Positions 62,395 to 64,000 of a stretch of DNA of 64,000 nt are shown here, one piece after another. The translations under genes were made by a program, and so were the position numbers. The first letter of the stretch is position 1; every line of letters begins with the position of its first letter. Origin of the DNA: Antedon mediterranea (lineage: Eukaryota > Animalia > Echinodermata); contig NC_092673.1 in the NCBI RefSeq assembly GCF_964355755.1, positions 18,101,648 through 18,165,647 on the forward strand. The letters are read 5' to 3'. Below the pieces are notes generated by a model. It searched no databases. It was not told the DNA's origin and worked only from the letters and a program-made list of their open reading frames with translations.

Positions 62395-64000
62395 GGTATT
62401 GTACTACCTTACTTTATGATCCATTTATTAATAGACTAAAATGTACTGCTTCCCCAGGGCTGTTAGTCAGGGTATTTGTGTGGGGTATTGTACTACCTTA
62501 CTTTATGATCCATTTATTAATAGACTAAAATGCACTGCTTCCCCAGGGCTGTTAGTCAGGGTATTTGTGTGGAGTATTGTACTACCTTACTTTATGATCC
62601 ATTTATTAATAGACTAAAATGCACTGCTTCCCCAGGGCTGTTAGTCAAGGGTATTTGTGTGGGGTATTGTACTACCTTACTTTATGATCCATTTATTAAT
62701 AGACTAAAATGCACTGCTTCCCCTGGGCTGTTAGTCAGGGTATTTGTGTGGGGTATTGTACTACCTTACTTTATGATCCATTTATTAATAGACTAAAATG
62801 CACTGCTTCCCCAGGGCTGTTCGTCAGGGTATTTGTGTGGGGTATTGTACTACCTTACTTTATGATCCATTTATTAATAGACTAAAATGCACTGCTTCCC
62901 CAGGGCTGTTAGTCAGGGTATTTGTGTGGGGTATTGTACTACCTTACTTTATGATCCATTTATTAATAGACTAAAATGCACTGCTTCCCCAGGGCTGTTA
63001 GTCAAGGGTACTTGTGTGGGGTATGCAGTAATACGATAGTTTAGTTTAGTTCTGTAGTTATAATGCTTTATATTTCACATGACAGAAGATTGTAAAAATC
63101 TGTTGAATCAGTAAGTTTGTCTAACCTGCATAACATAATGCCACACTCATTTTGGTAGAAATACACCAGGAGTAGATCCAGGATTTAGAGGGGACGGCTA
63201 ATAATAGACTGGGGAAAGAAGCCTAGTCCCCATGGTTCTAATCAAAATTTTAAAATTTTCTCTTTCGCCATGCTTTTATAAAGTCTCCCACCATTTAATT
63301 TTTATGATTTCGGACCTCCACATACTAAAATGGCAGTGCGAAATAACACTTTTGGTTTTTAATAATAAATGAACAATAAATGATATCATTATTGAATAAA
63401 GAATTGTTTATCTCATAATAAATATATTTTATTCAAAATAAAGTTCTGTTCTTATTGTAATATCCATTTTTTTTATCCATAATTGTTATTTTAAAATATT
63501 TTGTATAAAGCTGGTAGACTGCTCACAATAAAATACAGACAGTAGTTTTTGTTTGATTATGCAAAATATGATTTTTTTTAAATTAATAATTTATAATTAG
63601 GTGATACATTTAATATCTATAGCTTCTAGTGCATTCTCCATACAAAACCAATTTCTGATAAATAAAATGAATGTGATGTGAAGTAGGATTGGCTTTCCCA
63701 TGGATATCTTTTTTCCTTCTTGATATACCTGAGTACCAATAATTAACCAGTATATAGGCCAATAAATAATATTATCAATAATATTATCACAACATAAAAT
63801 GGCATAGTAGGCCTCTATTAACCAAACAGAGCCTCCTAATTAGCCTTAATATAAATTGTTTTTTATACCTACAGTAAACAATTCCTGGTAATCAAAATAC
63901 ATATTATTATCCTAAAGCACAAAATATTATTAACAAATATATCCACGACACTTTATTAATTTTATTTAATCAGCAAAGCATCTATTATGAATTAAAAATA

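Larger units (their letters stand above)
51410..63023. repeat. 89-bp satellite array interrupted by four TE insertions
   Basis: Unit gggctgttagtcagggtatttgtgtggggtattgtactaccttactttatgatccatttattaatagactaaaatgcactgcttcccca; main blocks 52587-55147 and 62395-63023. Confidence 0.95.

Noticed and set aside
63086-63110. 25-nt exon-like segment (gacag|...|gtaagt)
   Set aside because: No partner exons or recognisable protein could be linked

Overview
AT-rich animal (invertebrate-like) genomic DNA, not prokaryotic. By reading GT-AG splice sites and intron phases I reconstructed one + strand gene with 29 coding exons (ATG 3395 to TAG 43000). The exon lengths sum to 3762 nt, or 1253 aa, if every exon is used. 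Domain order: ankyrin N-cap, five single-exon phase-0 ankyrin repeats, ankyrin C-cap, ZU5 with an HFS autoproteolysis-type motif, UPA-like region, tandem DED, acidic linker exons, DZIP3-type HEPN domain with an intact RxxxxH motif plus coiled coil, a duplicated set of linker exons, and a C-terminal tail-anchor TM. The ankyrin exons have near-identical frameworks and introns but differ almost only non-synonymously at the ligand-contact positions, like a natural DARPin cassette array. The HEPN exon is a symmetric phase-1 module found in only one of two duplicated linker blocks. Together this looks like a modular, exon-shuffled innate-immune or cell-death receptor; the function is inferred, not shown. 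The rest of the window is minisatellites, Helitrons/HINEs, MITEs, LINE fragments, a 5S-derived SINE, and an 89-bp satellite containing a Gypsy LTR retrotransposon and three MITEs. All domain calls come from visual motif recognition; no database searches were run.
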